A stretch of DNA of 63,986 nt, the filler included, from Dimargaris cristalligena (lineage: Eukaryota): NCBI GenBank assembly GCA_003614675.1. It is 3 parts of 3 records of this genome, joined end to end, with 100 filler letters (N's around TTAATTAATTAA, not from the genome) between each part and the next. Parts side by side here need not be neighbours in the genome. Positions count along the whole stretch, not along the records: positions 1 to 21,355 come from ML002666.1; 2 more parts are not named here. The stretch is one strand, 5' to 3'. Positions 1-12,962 of the stretch are shown piece after piece. The notes beneath the pieces were generated by a model, which worked only from the letters and a program-made list of their open reading frames with translations, did no database searches and was not told the origin of the DNA. Each line of letters opens with the position of its first letter. Positions within the stretch are counted from its first letter, which is position 1. The position numbers and the translations under genes were made by a program.

Positions 1-1142
1 TTATTGTTGTAGATCATCGGATTACCCCCGACCCGACCAACGGACATCCGGGCGGAGTGAGGGAAGTAATAATCCCACTGGTCCGCACCAAGCTGAGAGG
101 TGGACCGCTGCACGGATGGATAGTGGCTGCGAATCTTATGCATGGGCACCATGCGGCGGTTGTGGGCAAAAGGGGATATAGGAGGGTACGCAATAACCTG
201 GGAAGTACGGGTGGGACTGCGGGGGGAGAGTGTGGCAGTATCTCCGTTATCCTCGCCCTCGGTAACCTGATCACCCTCCGCCTCGCCTTCTTCCCCATCG
301 ACTGCCATGCGCCGCCGTTTCGGCAACTGCTCGGGCGAAGCCTGCCGTTGCGGCTGCCGACGATGCGCGGACCTGGACGGGGAGGAAACGGGCCCATCGT
401 GGGCACCGACGAAACCCGACAATTCCCTCCGGGTGGCATGCTGACGTTTACGGTCGGATGGGGAGCCGTAGTAGGTCGGGGGGCGGGGCTCGTCAGTCGG
501 GTCAATGAAATAACGGGTCCGTACAGCGGGCGGGGAAAAAAATAGGGATTGGGGGTTAGGGGCGGTGGGTTGATGGTGGCTACGGCCCAGACCAAAGGGC
601 ATGGCCGATAGGGAAGCGACACGCTGTTTGACGGCCGATAAATTACCGCCAGTCTGATTTTTGATGTGTAACGCCTTACGGATATCCGAGGACAACCCGA
701 GGCGGGAGGGTGTTTTATGGTCGCTGGTGGAAGGCCGAGCCGGGGAATCAGCGCGAGGCTGGGAGATGAAAGGCGAGGCACTGGAAGTGGCGGTGGTTGG
801 GGCCCGTGGCGAACTCACTAGGGGGGCGGATGAGGAAGGGCGGGAGGGAGTGGGGGAGCTGGCCAGGTCCTTGGAATGGGATTGTTTACCATTTGCGCCG
901 TAGGCTGGGAGGGGAGAGGAAGTAAGGTGGGCGGGGTGGTTCATCCAACGCAGCGGGGTAGTCACTAAGGATTTTAGGGCGCCCAATAGACCGCCCTGGG
1001 CCTCTGTGGAAGGAAAATCGGCAGCGGCGGAGGCCTTGGATTTCGGTAGGCGGTCGTAGGGTTTGGGAGATTTGCGAAGCCTCTTGTGGCGGGTAGGCCC
1101 CGTCGAGAGAGGTGTGGTTTGCGGGAGGGTGGTAGTAGTCAT
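1..1142 (-). CDS. 5' part of a Pro/Ser/Arg-rich disordered protein running off the window edge; possibly a nuclear-basket nucleoporin (Nup60/Nup1-like)
   Basis: Manual translation: ATG at 1142 (MTTTTLPQTTPLSTGPTRHKRLRKSPKPYDRLP...) stays open for 380 codons to position 1. It is absent from the ORF track because no stop is reached, and it is preceded by a pyrimidine-rich leader. The product call rests only on the N-terminal GPxR...R..PYDR motif. Confidence 0.6.
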   Translation of the reverse strand, partial: MTTTTLPQTTPLSTGPTRHKRLRKSPKPYDRLPKSKASAAADFPSTEAQGGLLGALKSLVTTPLRWMNHPAHLTSSPLPAYGANGKQSHSKDLASSPTPSRPSSSAPLVSSPRAPTTATSSASPFISQPRADSPARPSTSDHKTPSRLGLSSDIRKALHIKNQTGGNLSAVKQRVASLSAMPFGLGRSHHQPTAPNPQSLFFSPPAVRTRYFIDPTDEPRPPTYYGSPSDRKRQHATRRELSGFVGAHDGPVSSPSRSAHRRQPQRQASPEQLPKRRRMAVDGEEGEAEGDQVTEGEDNGDTATLSPRSPTRTSQVIAYPPISPFAHNRRMVPMHKIRSHYPSVQRSTSQLGADQWDYYFPHSARMSVGRVGGNPMIYNN

Positions 1143-2647
1143 GCTGGAGGGGCGACGAGGGGGAGGGATCGGGGTCAGGGGGCTAGAGACCCGCCGATAA
1201 AGGGAGAGGGGTACCGAACAACGTAAAGAGAAAAAAGAAGGCGAATTCGAATGAAGCAAAGGAATGCAAATGGCAAAGAAAGAGCCTGCGTGTAGAATGG
1301 GAGAAGAAGGATACCAAGAAACTAGCGGGGAAAAAAGGGCGACAACAGTATGTAATAAGCCAGCGAGTGATAGAAAGAGAGAGAAAGAAAGTCAGTAAAA
1401 CAAAAATAAACAGAGGTGGAAAAGCGATAGCGCCGCAGGGAGAAGACAGGGAGGCTCTTAATATAGAAAGAATGGCTGTTGAAGTATAGAGAGAGTGAGT
1501 GAGGAAAAAGGAAACGAAAGACGCCTGTTTATAAGAAAAAAGGGGTTTCCGCATATAGTCTCCATCACCCTACTAATAACCAGCAGCGTATATGCTCAAA
1601 AAGACCACCAGCGGGGAAAATGGAGTCTGGCTAGGGAAGTCCTCCCCTTCCATATCTTCCTTCTCTTTTCACTAGCAGTAATCCTTATCTGCTGTGCATT
1701 GTACATTCTGTTCTGTGCAGTAGAATAGCATATATCTTCTTCTCTTCTACATGCGCCAGTTAAATATCGTTGTTAATGATATCCCTTTCTTATTTAGGCA
1801 CTTCCTAGTTTCCCCCAGCCCCTCTCCTATACTAACCCCATGGACACTGCGTCTATTTTGGCTATTTGAGTCCCCCCCTACGCTTCGTCTTAATGGGCAG
1901 TGTCACCACCACCACTACCCGTTAACTTATCCACCTCTGCATCCTACAGCGATGGACGTCTCCCCCATGGCTGGCTGAATCGGTGGGGTAACAGGAGATA
2001 TACACCCACACTATGTTTTGGAGGCGACTGTGGATGTGGGATGTGTGTGTGTGTGGGTAGGCAGGTAAGTAAGTGTGTGTACGTACAATGTATCTGCTGG
2101 CTGGTTGGTTAGATATGGCAATGAGGAGGGAGGGGGAGAAGAAGGATAAGGAGAAGGAGGCGCCCATGCATATCAAAACACCACCATTGCACTTATGGTC
2201 CACGTGACCTACCACCACCATATCTCCCCTCCCGTGTTAAGAACTTTATGTGGTTGGTACAATGATGGGGGGAGGATATCTTAAGCCCGCTTAATAAGGA
2301 AGAAAGAGGTGACCACATACCGCACCGCAGGGAATATAATACGCCCTTTTCCAGACCAACAAAGGAATATCCCCCGCGTGACATAATATTCCCTCGAATC
2401 CCTCCCTCTCTCTCTCTTTCCAACATGGCTCGCCATAGTTTCCGAATAGAACCCCATAAAGGCATTGTATTCCGCAGTCAGATAAGTTCATTACAAACAA
2501 TACAATATGACTATAATGAGAACAAATAGATAATGTAATAGTAATATAAAATAATAAAATAATAATAATAATAATAATAAAAACAAGGCTGATTCGGTTT
2601 GGATGAGCTGTCATAACTAGCTGGGCACTCCCCTACTCCTCCTTGCT

Positions 2648-3363
2648 TTATTTGGGCAGCTTGGGAGGCAATGTCAAACGACGATGGCGCTGCCAAAAGT
2701 CCAGGATGTTTTGGGCCACGCGTTCGGGATGGTCCTCCTGGATCGCGTGCCCGCTATCGGGGAACATGGCGGGTTGGAATTTGCCTGGTCAAATACATCA
2801 ATGGAACCAATGGGAAAGAAACATTACGCATTCCGTTTGATAAATAAGACACGTCGGGGAAATAAACCTGCAGTGGGGGAGTGGCATTTGTTGTGGGGTT
2901 CATCCCAAATAACCAACCAGTCCAAGTACTGTGGATGGGAGGGGAAAGGATGAGATATCAGTTACCAAAATGGGGCAGCTGAGGGGCTGGCTGACTGGAT
3001 GCCATATGGGTGACGAGGGGGAGGAGGAGGAGGAGGAGGTCCGGAAGAAAGGGCTTGCTGCCCAGAATATAATGCTATAGGGGATTGGAATGTGGGCCAG
3101 CATAAAAACTAAGCCCTCGCCCCGTCCAGTCCAGCCTTACCCATCCGCCCTGGTCCCCTACACCACTGGCCAAAGGACGGGCTGCCGCCCCTTATAAGCC
3201 AGTCTGCCGATCCCTGAACGAGCTGCTATTATCCGCCTAATTCAGTTCAACACCCTCAAACGACCGGCCCTTGGAAGCATCGTGAATATTAAACTTACCC
3301 TGCATTTGGGCAATCATCATGGGCTTATCCAGTCGCTCAGGTCCTGTGGAATAGAGGGGCGTC

Positions 3364-3395
<32 letters not shown>

Positions 3396-5414
3396 AAATG
3401 AAAGGCGTACAAAACAACACGGATGGGAGGGGAAGGGTAAGTAAATCAAGCGGAATAGTGTCCACACTGGGCCATGATTGCGCATCTACACAATATAACT
3501 ATTCAACTCTAGTAACCTCTCTCGTCAAGGACGGGTGATTTTTTTAATTACCGGGGACAATACAAAAAACTATTCGTACCTGCTAGCATGAGCATTTTAG
3601 ACGCCTTGGACTGTAAAAACTTTTCCGTCAAGTTTTGAAACCATTCTATAGAGAGGCAAGTTAAGATGAAGGGATCGACCATGTGGGGTTGTTAGTGGCT
3701 AGCTAATATACAATATTACAAGTCAACCGACAAAGCCAAAGTAGCAGCACTATGGTGAATAGCTTACCCTTCCAGTACCGCTCCGATGCCTGCAGGTCCG
3801 TGCGCCAAGTATAATAAACTTCATTTTCATTTTCCTCGTCCCGGGCCTCAATCACCAGCGGTGGCACGGATACTTGGGCCGATTGGGGATTCGCGATGGC
3901 ATGGATATCCAGGAACCATTGGATAACGTGGCTCACCGACCGGAAACGATGGGGGCGCATATCGCAAAAGGCCTTGATTTTCCCGAGGGCCGCCATGGCG
4001 TTACCTAGTGGGTATATCGGGGATGAATGGGATATAGAAAAGGGGTGTGATTGTAGTCGTAACCGTCGCCGCAGTAGTGGCGGTTGTGGTGGTGACAAGA
4101 GATTCTTTAGTTACCAGGGTCAGGTAAATTAAGCCAGGGGCCGCACAATATCTCTCGAATTACCGACCACTGGTACGGGCGGGTAATATACTCCCTCATC
4201 CATTGCCCGCGAGTCCATTGAGGGTTAGTCATATTATAATGTAGATTAAACCCTTAGGGAGATAGGGACTGGGCATATTACCTTCAACGATATCAATGAC
4301 CACCAACCCGATGATGTTCGGTAGACATTGGTTGTACGCAGCGTGGGTGACTACTGCACCGCCCATACTAAAAGCCGACGAGGTCAAATTAGGTACAAAA
4401 ATTAGTATAGAGGATAAGTACGACTGAATTCAAGATTTGGTTTGGAGAACATCGGGTATTGGTGCCATAAATATGAATCGGAAAATAAATTTAGGTATAG
4501 AGGTGATGGACTTTGCCTAACCAGTCGGGAATGATACGCAGAGATAAACAATGGGTCTATGTAGAATAGTTGATGTACCTGTGGCCAACGAGAAATATTT
4601 CGGGGAGTTTTCCATCTGGGTAAAGACACCGGACCACCGCCCCCAAATCGTTGGAGAGCGTATCTAGAGATAGGTCGAGGTCATCCGAAGTGTGTGTACC
4701 ACCTGCAGACAAGTGTAATAGAATAGGTCAAAAGCGAGGCGTGTTTTGTATCATAGGAATCAGAAAAACAATGGTATCGGCCATATTAGGGTTAATGGAA
4801 TTCCCGGCGTTTGTTAAATAAAACAACTTCATTAGAAGTCACTAGGGTCCCAAGAATTACTGGGCTGCCGGGCTTGGATAATTACCGTTCTTAAGGTCTA
4901 TCAGATCCAAACTACTAACCATGTCCACGGCAGTCGTAGGCCAAAATTGAAACGTCCTCGGGGTGTTTATCTCTAATGATTTTAGCCACCAGGGCAAATG
5001 CCAGCGCGGCGTGCCCCGCCCCGTGGTGGAGCACAAACAGGGGCCCTTTTGATCGAAGACTTAAGTAGGCGACGAGTTGATTATCCGTGTCGGGGCATTG
5101 GAGGACCCGACGCTCTTCAAAGTAAAGTTCCCAACTTTCGGCCTGAAAGCTATAGTTAGGGGAGTAAGAGAAACCCGAGCTATGTATAATATTAGAGGGT
5201 GAGTTTACTTGAAAAAAGGGCCTGAGCATAGTTTTATAGGGAGAGGAAGGAGGAAGAGGAGGAGGAGGGGGGGGGGGCAATATGCCACCCATTCCATTAC
5301 AGGTCAACAAGTTCGGACTTACTTGGAGGCAGAGTTGTTCGGACGGTCCGGGGGTAACCAAGCGGCTCCACCGGTCGCCTTCAGGAGTTTCTTACGAAGG
5401 TCGTCTTGGTTCAT
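2648..5414 (-). CDS. PPE1: Protein phosphatase methylesterase 1 (PME-1), alpha/beta hydrolase, 8 exons
   Basis: Spliced translation gives FVLHHGAGH, YDCRGHG, nucleophile motif LVGHS|MGG, VIDIVEG, RPHRFRS, YTWRTDL, ERLDKPMMIAQMQG|KFQ and SGHAIQED. ATG at 5414 (MNQDDLRKK), TAA at 2648-2650, GT-AG junctions found between all exons. Confidence 0.93.
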
Positions 5415-6272
5415 GGTAATACTAGTAATGTTCGAAGGCAACTTTAAGCCAAGCGGAAGGGAAAATGAATGAGGGGGAAATGAGCAAAAAATAAATAAAT
5501 ATAGAAGAACCCAAATGTAGTTACTCCGTGTAGACAGCTTTGATAACTTTCCATCCCCACAATGAGCGGAGGTTTCATACATTCTACGCAATCCCCCCAT
5601 TTCTCGTTATGACGGCTTTGAATTCCATGGCCGGCGGAGTAACAAGCCCTTTCCGTCGGTTTAGCCGCTCTGGCCTATCACTGTCCCACATGGGGGTTAG
5701 ATTAGGCAGAGATATGTAGGTGTGTGTGTGGCCAGTATATGGGGGGCATTAGGTGCAGGCCGAGCAGCCATACCTATTTACCCAGGCCCTAGAAAAACCA
5801 CATTTAGGTAAGTCAACAGCTAAATCGATATCAATAATATATATTATTTAAATAGAATCTGTCCATAATATGGGATAAACGTTGGGAATCAAAGGGTTGA
5901 AAGAAATGTACTAATATGGCCACCCGGTGTTCAGGATTTGATTTGATTTTGGCTATAAAGGTATGCTGAAGCCAAAGTAAATATGGGTTGATAAATGTTG
6001 CCTAGTGAAAGTAACCCGCAGGGTGTATATGCACGAAAATAGTCGGATAAATAAATAAATACCGGAGGACCTTTAGGGCTATTCGAGAGGCACCTCCTAT
6101 TATCAACGACATTCTTTCTCCAGCTTTGATTACCTCTAATAAATGGCCCGTCAAAATCAGTCCGCAGCATAATATATACCGGGAAAATTACAGGAAAAAG
6201 GGAAGCCGTGTGGGGAAAGAGAGAGGTTCAAGACAAGTTACCTATATATATATATATATAAGGCACATCCAT

Positions 6273-9233
6273 TTACACCCCACCGCCGCTACGGTGGGTG
6301 GGGATTCGCTTAAAGTCCGCTGACTTAGTCGCGGCATACTGACTTTCCTTCAAGTGGCCCAGAATATCCAGGAAGTGTTCAAAATCAATCTGCTGCGCCT
6401 GGACCAGGTTAAACTGGTTGGCAATAGCCTCAAATTGGGCACCGTTCAGTTCAATTCCCAACGAGGTTAGTACGGGTCGGAGGTCGCTGGCGGAAATCTG
6501 GCCCAGGGATTGGGGATCACGCTCTTCGAAAGCGGCGATGAACCGGCCCAGTTCGTCGGGGTGGAACTGACCCTGGTTATACCGCATGGAGATCTCTTCG
6601 TACATGGGCGCATAGGGGTTTTTCTTGGTGGCTCCATTGGATGCGGTAGAGGCAGTGGAAGTGACAGAAGCCCGGGTGGGGTCCAATTCCGCAGGGAGAC
6701 CCATCGACAGGAGGAACTTCTCCGTATCCTTCTCTTCCTGGGCGATCCGTTGGCCGTCCCAACCCAGCTCCTTCGCCATGATGTTAATGATAGCGGGCAT
6801 CGCGGCTTGGGCCGCCTGGGAATTCACAAAGGCGAGGCGAGTACGACGGGCCAGGACGTCCACGACGGTACAGGCGTATTCGTACTTCACGGCGTAACGA
6901 ACTTCCGCTTCAATGTACGGGTGGACCTGGGACAGGCGTTTACCGAACAGGGGGAAACGCAGGCCGGTGGGTTCGGCTAGAGCACATACGGCCCAGGCGC
7001 GATCGCCGTAGTCTTGGGCCAAATGTTGGGCCACCGTGGTTTCGAGTCCGAAGCTTTGGACCAATTTGATGAACAGGTTTTCGGAGTAACCGTGCGAGCC
7101 CACCAGTTTGGTGGAGGTGGTGACACAGCCGTTGGCGGGTTTGAGGTTGAATTCGCGGATGGCGAGATCAACGGTCTCTTCGGCCATGTTCCGGTAGGTG
7201 GTCCACTTACCACCGGCAATGGTGAGGAGACGGCTGGGGCTGACGTAGAGCATGTGGCTGCGGACCAGACCGGCGGTATTTTTGGCGGCGGGATCGCGGA
7301 CCAGAGGGCGAATACCCGACCACGCGGCGAGCACATCACCCCGGCGCACCTTAATGTCGGCACTCAGATAGCCCCGCACTTCGTCCAGAATCCACTGGAT
7401 CTCCTCTTCCTTTGGCAGAGGATTGGCCGTCACCTGGGTGGGCGAGTCAGTCGTACCGGCAATGGTATGCCCCTGCCACGGCAGGAAGAAAATAACCCGA
7501 CCATCACTGGTGTTGGGATCAATGAGACCCATGTTATCCGGGCTGTAGTACTTGGGCAGGATAATGTGGACGCCTGAGCTAGGGGCGACAATATCGGCGC
7601 TCTGGGGCTGGTCCATCTTCAGAATGGCATCGGTGAAGGGACCGGTGGCGTTGATGACCCCCTTGGCCCGGACGGTGAATTCCTTGCCGGTGAGAGTATC
7701 CCGGACCACGGCACCCCGGACGGCGGACTCGCTGCTATCCCCGTTGGAGGTGGCCTGATCCTTGACTAGGGACAGGACTTCGGTGTGGTTGGTCACTACG
7801 GCACCGTGGGAGATGGCGGTAAGAGCAATAGCCACATTCATTCTCGAATCATTGTGTTGGCCTATTAGAGTGTATTCGCAAAAGGTCCGTATCGGAAAGT
7901 ATAGGGAGGTATAGAGCGAAACAAGGGGTGTTCAGGAAAAATGATGATGTATACATATGGAATAGTAATAATTGCGGATGGTGAGCAGGTGCTGTGATTA
8001 GTGCATGTCAATTTATAGGGCTCCAATAGAGGGCTGTTATCGGTTGATCAGACGAACCTATTCACCCAAGGCCAATCAGATGGCTCGATGGATATATTGC
8101 CAATATATTACCGGCCCAGTCCTTTAAGCCAAATAGTGGACGGATCATTGGGGTGATAAGGCGGGCCGGTTACTGAAGCACACGGATATAGTATAATATG
8201 GTAGAATCATTCGGGGTGGGGGGTCACTTACCATCATAGTAGACCAGGGCACCCTTCAGTCGGTCTTTCTTCAGCATGGGAAAGGCCTCCAGGGCTTTGC
8301 CGCGGGTGAGCAGGTAGCTGCTTTCCAGGCCCTGTTTACCAGCCAGAATATCGTAGGCTTTACAGCCACTCCAGAAATAGGGTAGCTGCCACCATCTGGT
8401 TTGAGAAAGTCGTACACCAGGGCATAAACAGATAGTATTAGAAACGCAGTAACGAAGGGGAAGGGGCCCTCAACTATTAGCCTGCTGAGGACGGCGGTTT
8501 GTAATATACCTTTAGCCAAACACGCCGATTGCTCCGGAACCTGGCATAGATATGTGATCCTATGCTAAGGCCCCCAGCCGAGCATTGGCATATATCCAGG
8601 GAAAGATGAGGACACTTACTTATAAACGGGGATCATAATGGGCAATTGCTGGCTGAGGTACGGTGCGATCTCCAGGAACGTTTTACGTTCATGCAGGGCC
8701 TCCCTTACCAAAAAGTACTGCTCCTTATCCAGTTCCCAGAAGGCCTTCTCCAAGTACCGCACGCCGCCGTGCACCAGCTTAGTTGAGCGGGAGGAAGTAC
8801 CAGCGGAGAAATCATCACGTTCCACCAACGCCACTTTGAGACCCCGGGTGGCCGCATCGAGGGCCACGCCCGTGCCCGTAGCCCCTCCACCGATAATCAG
8901 CAAGTCAAACTCGGCGGTTTCCGTAGGAGTAGCGGCAGTGGAGCCGTCTTTGGCCTTACCCTGAAGGAGGTTGAGCATTTCCTCGCGCGAGGGGGGTTGC
9001 CAGAAGGGACGCGGGCGGTCGTGCAGGGAGGTGGTGGTGTTGGGAATGGTGTCACCAGCGTCGGCGTGGACGAGCGACGGAGTGTGCCGGAAGAGAGTAG
9101 GGCCGTCGGCGGAAGACCGATCGCGGCGGTAGTACCAGTAGCCGGCACCCGTGGCCACGGTGGTGGCGGCAGCCAGGAGGGTCGTCGGCCTTAGCGGCAT
9201 GCGAGTGCTGAGGTGGGCAATACGGCTCCACAT
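6273..9233 (-). CDS. GUT2: Mitochondrial FAD-dependent glycerol-3-phosphate dehydrogenase with C-terminal EF-hand-like domain; exons 9233-8620, 8395-8232, 7861-6273
   Basis: FAD motif DLLIIGGGATG, GTSSRSTKLVHGGVRYL, AWSGIRPL, IAGGKWTTYR, LARRTRLAF; N-terminal mitochondrial-targeting-like and transmembrane segment; C-terminus RIPTHRSGGGV resembles metazoan GPD2. Confidence 0.97.
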
Positions 9234-9604
9234 GGCAGGGAAAGGTGACTATGAATGAGAGACAGAGAGTTGAGAGTGAGGGAGTTGCTAGGGAATGGAC
9301 AGTATGCAGAGGAGTAAAGGCGAGTCGAGTCGTAAGAGGTAGTAAAGAAGCGGAGGAAAGTAGCAGTCGATAGAGACTGATAAGAGAGAAAGGGAGAGGG
9401 GTTATTTAATACCCAAGGTCTCAGCAGTAGAGCGGAAGAGGGGGAACCAACCAGCTCGATTGAACTAAAACTGTCCCCACTCACCCGGGTCGTCTCACCT
9501 TGGCGGCTAAAGTATTCTGGCCTATATATGCACACGAGGGCTCTCGACTCGTCATTTATTCGCCAAAATAATTAGCCGACTGGCATGTGCAAGCTACCAC
9601 GCCA

Positions 9605-9605
<1 letters not shown>

Positions 9606-9635
<30 letters not shown>
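9606..9635. repeat. (TA)n microsatellite in the GPD2/LUC7 divergent intergenic region
   Basis: About 15 TA units seen directly. Confidence 0.9.
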
Positions 9636-9639
<4 letters not shown>

Positions 9640-10343
9640 GATTAAGGTCGTACCCTTCAACCCTGCGAGCGACAATTCAGGATGATATATAAACGGGGAA
9701 ATAGCCGGAAGATTTACTGTTAACCAGTCATACTTGTGTCATCCGACGGGTTTTGTGTACTATAGCTGAATTGATCCTCTCCCCTATGTTAGTCCATATG
9801 ATCAGGGTCGCAGTCTATACTCTCTCTGTATATATATATATAATCTACCCCGTGCAAGGGATTGCTTTAGGGTAACGGGTTCCTTACACCGCCTGGGAAG
9901 GAATAATACAACCAGCATTTCTAGGCTCCGAGTGCCCACCATAAATACCTGTGGTTCCTCAGCCACACACAGCTACCTCTACCATCTGGGCCCTTCCCCC
10001 ACCGCCATTGGCCAGAATACAGTGCTTTTTTCCCACCTTCATTCTCCCCATCTCGTAGCAACTTTTTCTTCCATCACTTGGGGCCGTGTTGTACACAAAG
10101 AATTCACCGTTTTATTCTGCCGTTAAAGACCTGCCTAATGAACCACTCCACATGGAACAAACTGCAAGGGTTTGGAAAAATAGTTAGCTCTGGCCTTCCT
10201 TTGCTTTTGCATATACACACCCACAATTGGTCTTAGTTTTATCCCCTTTCTTTTCCAGTTCATACCATTTCATTGGTTCTTGCTGAAGCCCGCTACTCAA
10301 CGCCGACACTTTCTTTAGCATTCCCGCCCCGGTCTTTTCCATT

Positions 10344-12215
10344 ATGGCCGACTACGCCCGGAGCCTCATCGCCGAACTTATGGGCGCCCATGAGAGTGCT
10401 AAACCGCGCGATTTCCGCGACCCAGAGGTAAGTGAAAGTCCCTTCTCTCTCTATTTCTCTTTCCAGTTCCAGTCCGTTTGAATCATAAATAGTACCCACA
10501 TCTCCTTGGTATATATGCTAACCCTAACCCGTCTATTCATTTACAACTCCTTCCTTCCCTGCGCCACCTTCTCTTGGTTAGGTTTGTAAACATTACTTGG
10601 TAGGCTTTTGCCCCAAGGAATTATTCCCCAACACCAAGTCCGACCTGGGCGTGTGTTCCAAAGTGCACGACGAAGGACTGCGTAAAGCCTTCCAGGCCTC
10701 GCCGGACCGCCAGCGCTTTGGCTACGAGGTGGATTTCTTGGATTACCTGCGTCAACTCTGTAATGACATGGATGCCCGAATCCGACGGGGTCAGCGGCGG
10801 CTTAATATCGAACCCAGCGAAGCGGTAAGTACTTTATATCAACCGTTCTGATTATCACCGGGTCGGCGTAGGCCGGTTTAATCAGTTCAGCTGTTTGTGT
10901 CAAATATACCCTTAATGGTGGGTTTACCTTATCTGCTGCAGCCTTTGGGCGACAAAGCATCCCACACCCTCTTACTTATACTGTTTGTTTTTTTCATTAT
11001 TAATATGTATCTTCAATCTCCCTACCACCCAGCTCCTCAATCCCAAGAAAGACGAGCGCGAAGAGCAGATTGTCATGCTAGAAGAAAAAATCAAGGATTT
11101 GCTGGCTAAAGCTGAGGCTGCTGGCGAGGATGGGCGTGTTCAGGAAGCCCAGGACATGTCTAAACAGGCTGATAAATTGAAGCTGGATTTAGAAGACCTC
11201 AAAGCGGTAAGTAAACACAGATCACCGGTCTTTAATAGATTGCCCATAATATCCCCGATTTTAGTGGATGCCCGTGGTAGTAATGACCTCGCCGTCTTCT
11301 AACGTGACTTCCGTAATTATTCTTTGTGGTATACGTATCCCTCCCCCCCTTGCTCTATGATACTACTATTCTGTAGAAAGACATCTCAAACCCCATTTTC
11401 AAGCAAGAGAAACGTATGGAGGTTTGCTCCGTGTGCGGCGGCTTCCTAGTGACGGGCGACGACAGCAGTCGGCTAGACGCCCATAACGAGGGCAAGCAGC
11501 ACCGCGGCTACCTCAAGATTCGTGAGGCCTACGAAGATCTCAAGGTAAGTTATATTACACCCCCCTACACCCCAAGTACCTGGACATTAGGTATGATCGG
11601 GTGGATTTTGCCACGAATGTCCCTGAGAACTCCATTAGTTTATAATTATGAAGCATAATCGCAACTTTGGACTAATTTTAACCATCTGAATATCGTTACT
11701 TATCCATCACTCCCCTTTTGGTTTATTTTATCCCATGGATCGAATGTTATACTTACAACTTTAAATCTCTTTTATGGTTATGCCTGGGTGGTTTGTGTTG
11801 ACAGTCTAAAGTTGACCGTCCCCGCCGTACCTCAAGTAGCCGCTACCGCGAGCGTGACTCCTCCAGCCATAGTCACCACCGTCGCCATAGCCGCAGTCGC
11901 AGCCGTAGTCGGAGCCCCAGTCGAGGCCGCGACTATTCCCGCCACTCGCGGAATTCGCGGCGGGATTATGACTATGACCGACACCGTCGATCGGACCGCT
12001 CTTCCCGTCGCCATTATGGCAGCCGTAGTCCCAGCTACAGCCACCGAGAGGAGCGTCGCCAACCCCAGGGCGACAGAACCCCCCAACCCACCACTCCCGT
12101 ATCGACTGCCGTCCCTTCTTCTATTCCGACCTCTGTTCCTTCGGTGCCGGCCTCGGAACGTAAGTACCCCGAGCCGGTTGATCCTGAACTGGAACTAGGG
12201 GAACATCGCGAATAA
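10344..12215 (+). CDS. LUC7: U1 snRNP-associated splicing factor LUC7 (359 aa); exons 10344-10427, 10582-10824, 11033-11206, 11377-11544, 11805-12215
   Basis: MADYARSLIAELMG; ZnF1 VCKHYLVGFCP..NTKSDLGVCSKVH; coiled coil; ZnF2 MEVCSVCGGFL..H.EGKQH; C-terminal RS/RD/RH-rich tail; all donors GTAAGT. Confidence 0.95.
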
Positions 12216-12962
12216 GCCATACCCAGCCCGGCTGAACTAAAATTTGGGTCACCTTGAATGTGAGAATATTTTGGTGGGTCAACATCAGGCCAGATTCCTG
12301 TGCCAAGCAACCCTCCCCCATATCCTCCTTTAATAGTTATATTACTCCAGCCCCAGGTTGGTAGATTGTTGCCGTCGGTTGTCGCAGAACGTCCCGATTT
12401 GCCAGCGGCCTGTCTTACTGATTGTGGCTATGTCCTTATCTTTTGATATCCAACGAGGAGGGGAGAGGGGTGTTGGACCGTGGTTTTTGCGATCTATCAC
12501 ATTCTACCATTACGATACTTTCGTCAAGGTAACTACATCACAAATCTAGTCTACTAGCCTATAGCGTATAAAATTCCCATGTAAGGGGGGGGGGTGTACC
12601 ATTGATTGCGAAGAACACCCTTGGTCAATCTTATTTTTATTTCCCCGTTTTACTCGATACACCATAATAACCCGAACGAAATGACAAAATAAAGGTACGT
12701 TTATTAGATTCCAAGAATCCCTCCACAATAAAACACTCAGGCCAGGACTGGTCACAGCTGCCTTCTTGTTCCAGTGCTATAATATACGATGCGGTCCTAC
12801 GTTAAGTGAGTCCCATCAATAAATATGGTTTAACGATGCATTTATGTAGAAGGGAGGGGGAGGCATACTATTAAGTATAGCGTCACGAAAACCTAATTGT
12901 TGGTTAAGAAAGGACATAGGGTGGCCGAGTCCTACGCTCAATAGTGCTACTTGAAAGGCCAG

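Noticed and set aside
14..781. Track ORFs 14-781 (-) and 57-545 (+)
   Set aside because: Alternative-frame and antisense shadows of the longer open frame starting at 1142.
6510..7758. Plus-strand ORFs overlapping GPD2, and similar antisense ORFs over ACR3, GST, SF3A1, ERG26 and PWP2
   Set aside because: These are expected shadows of GC3-rich coding sequence and carry no independent motifs.
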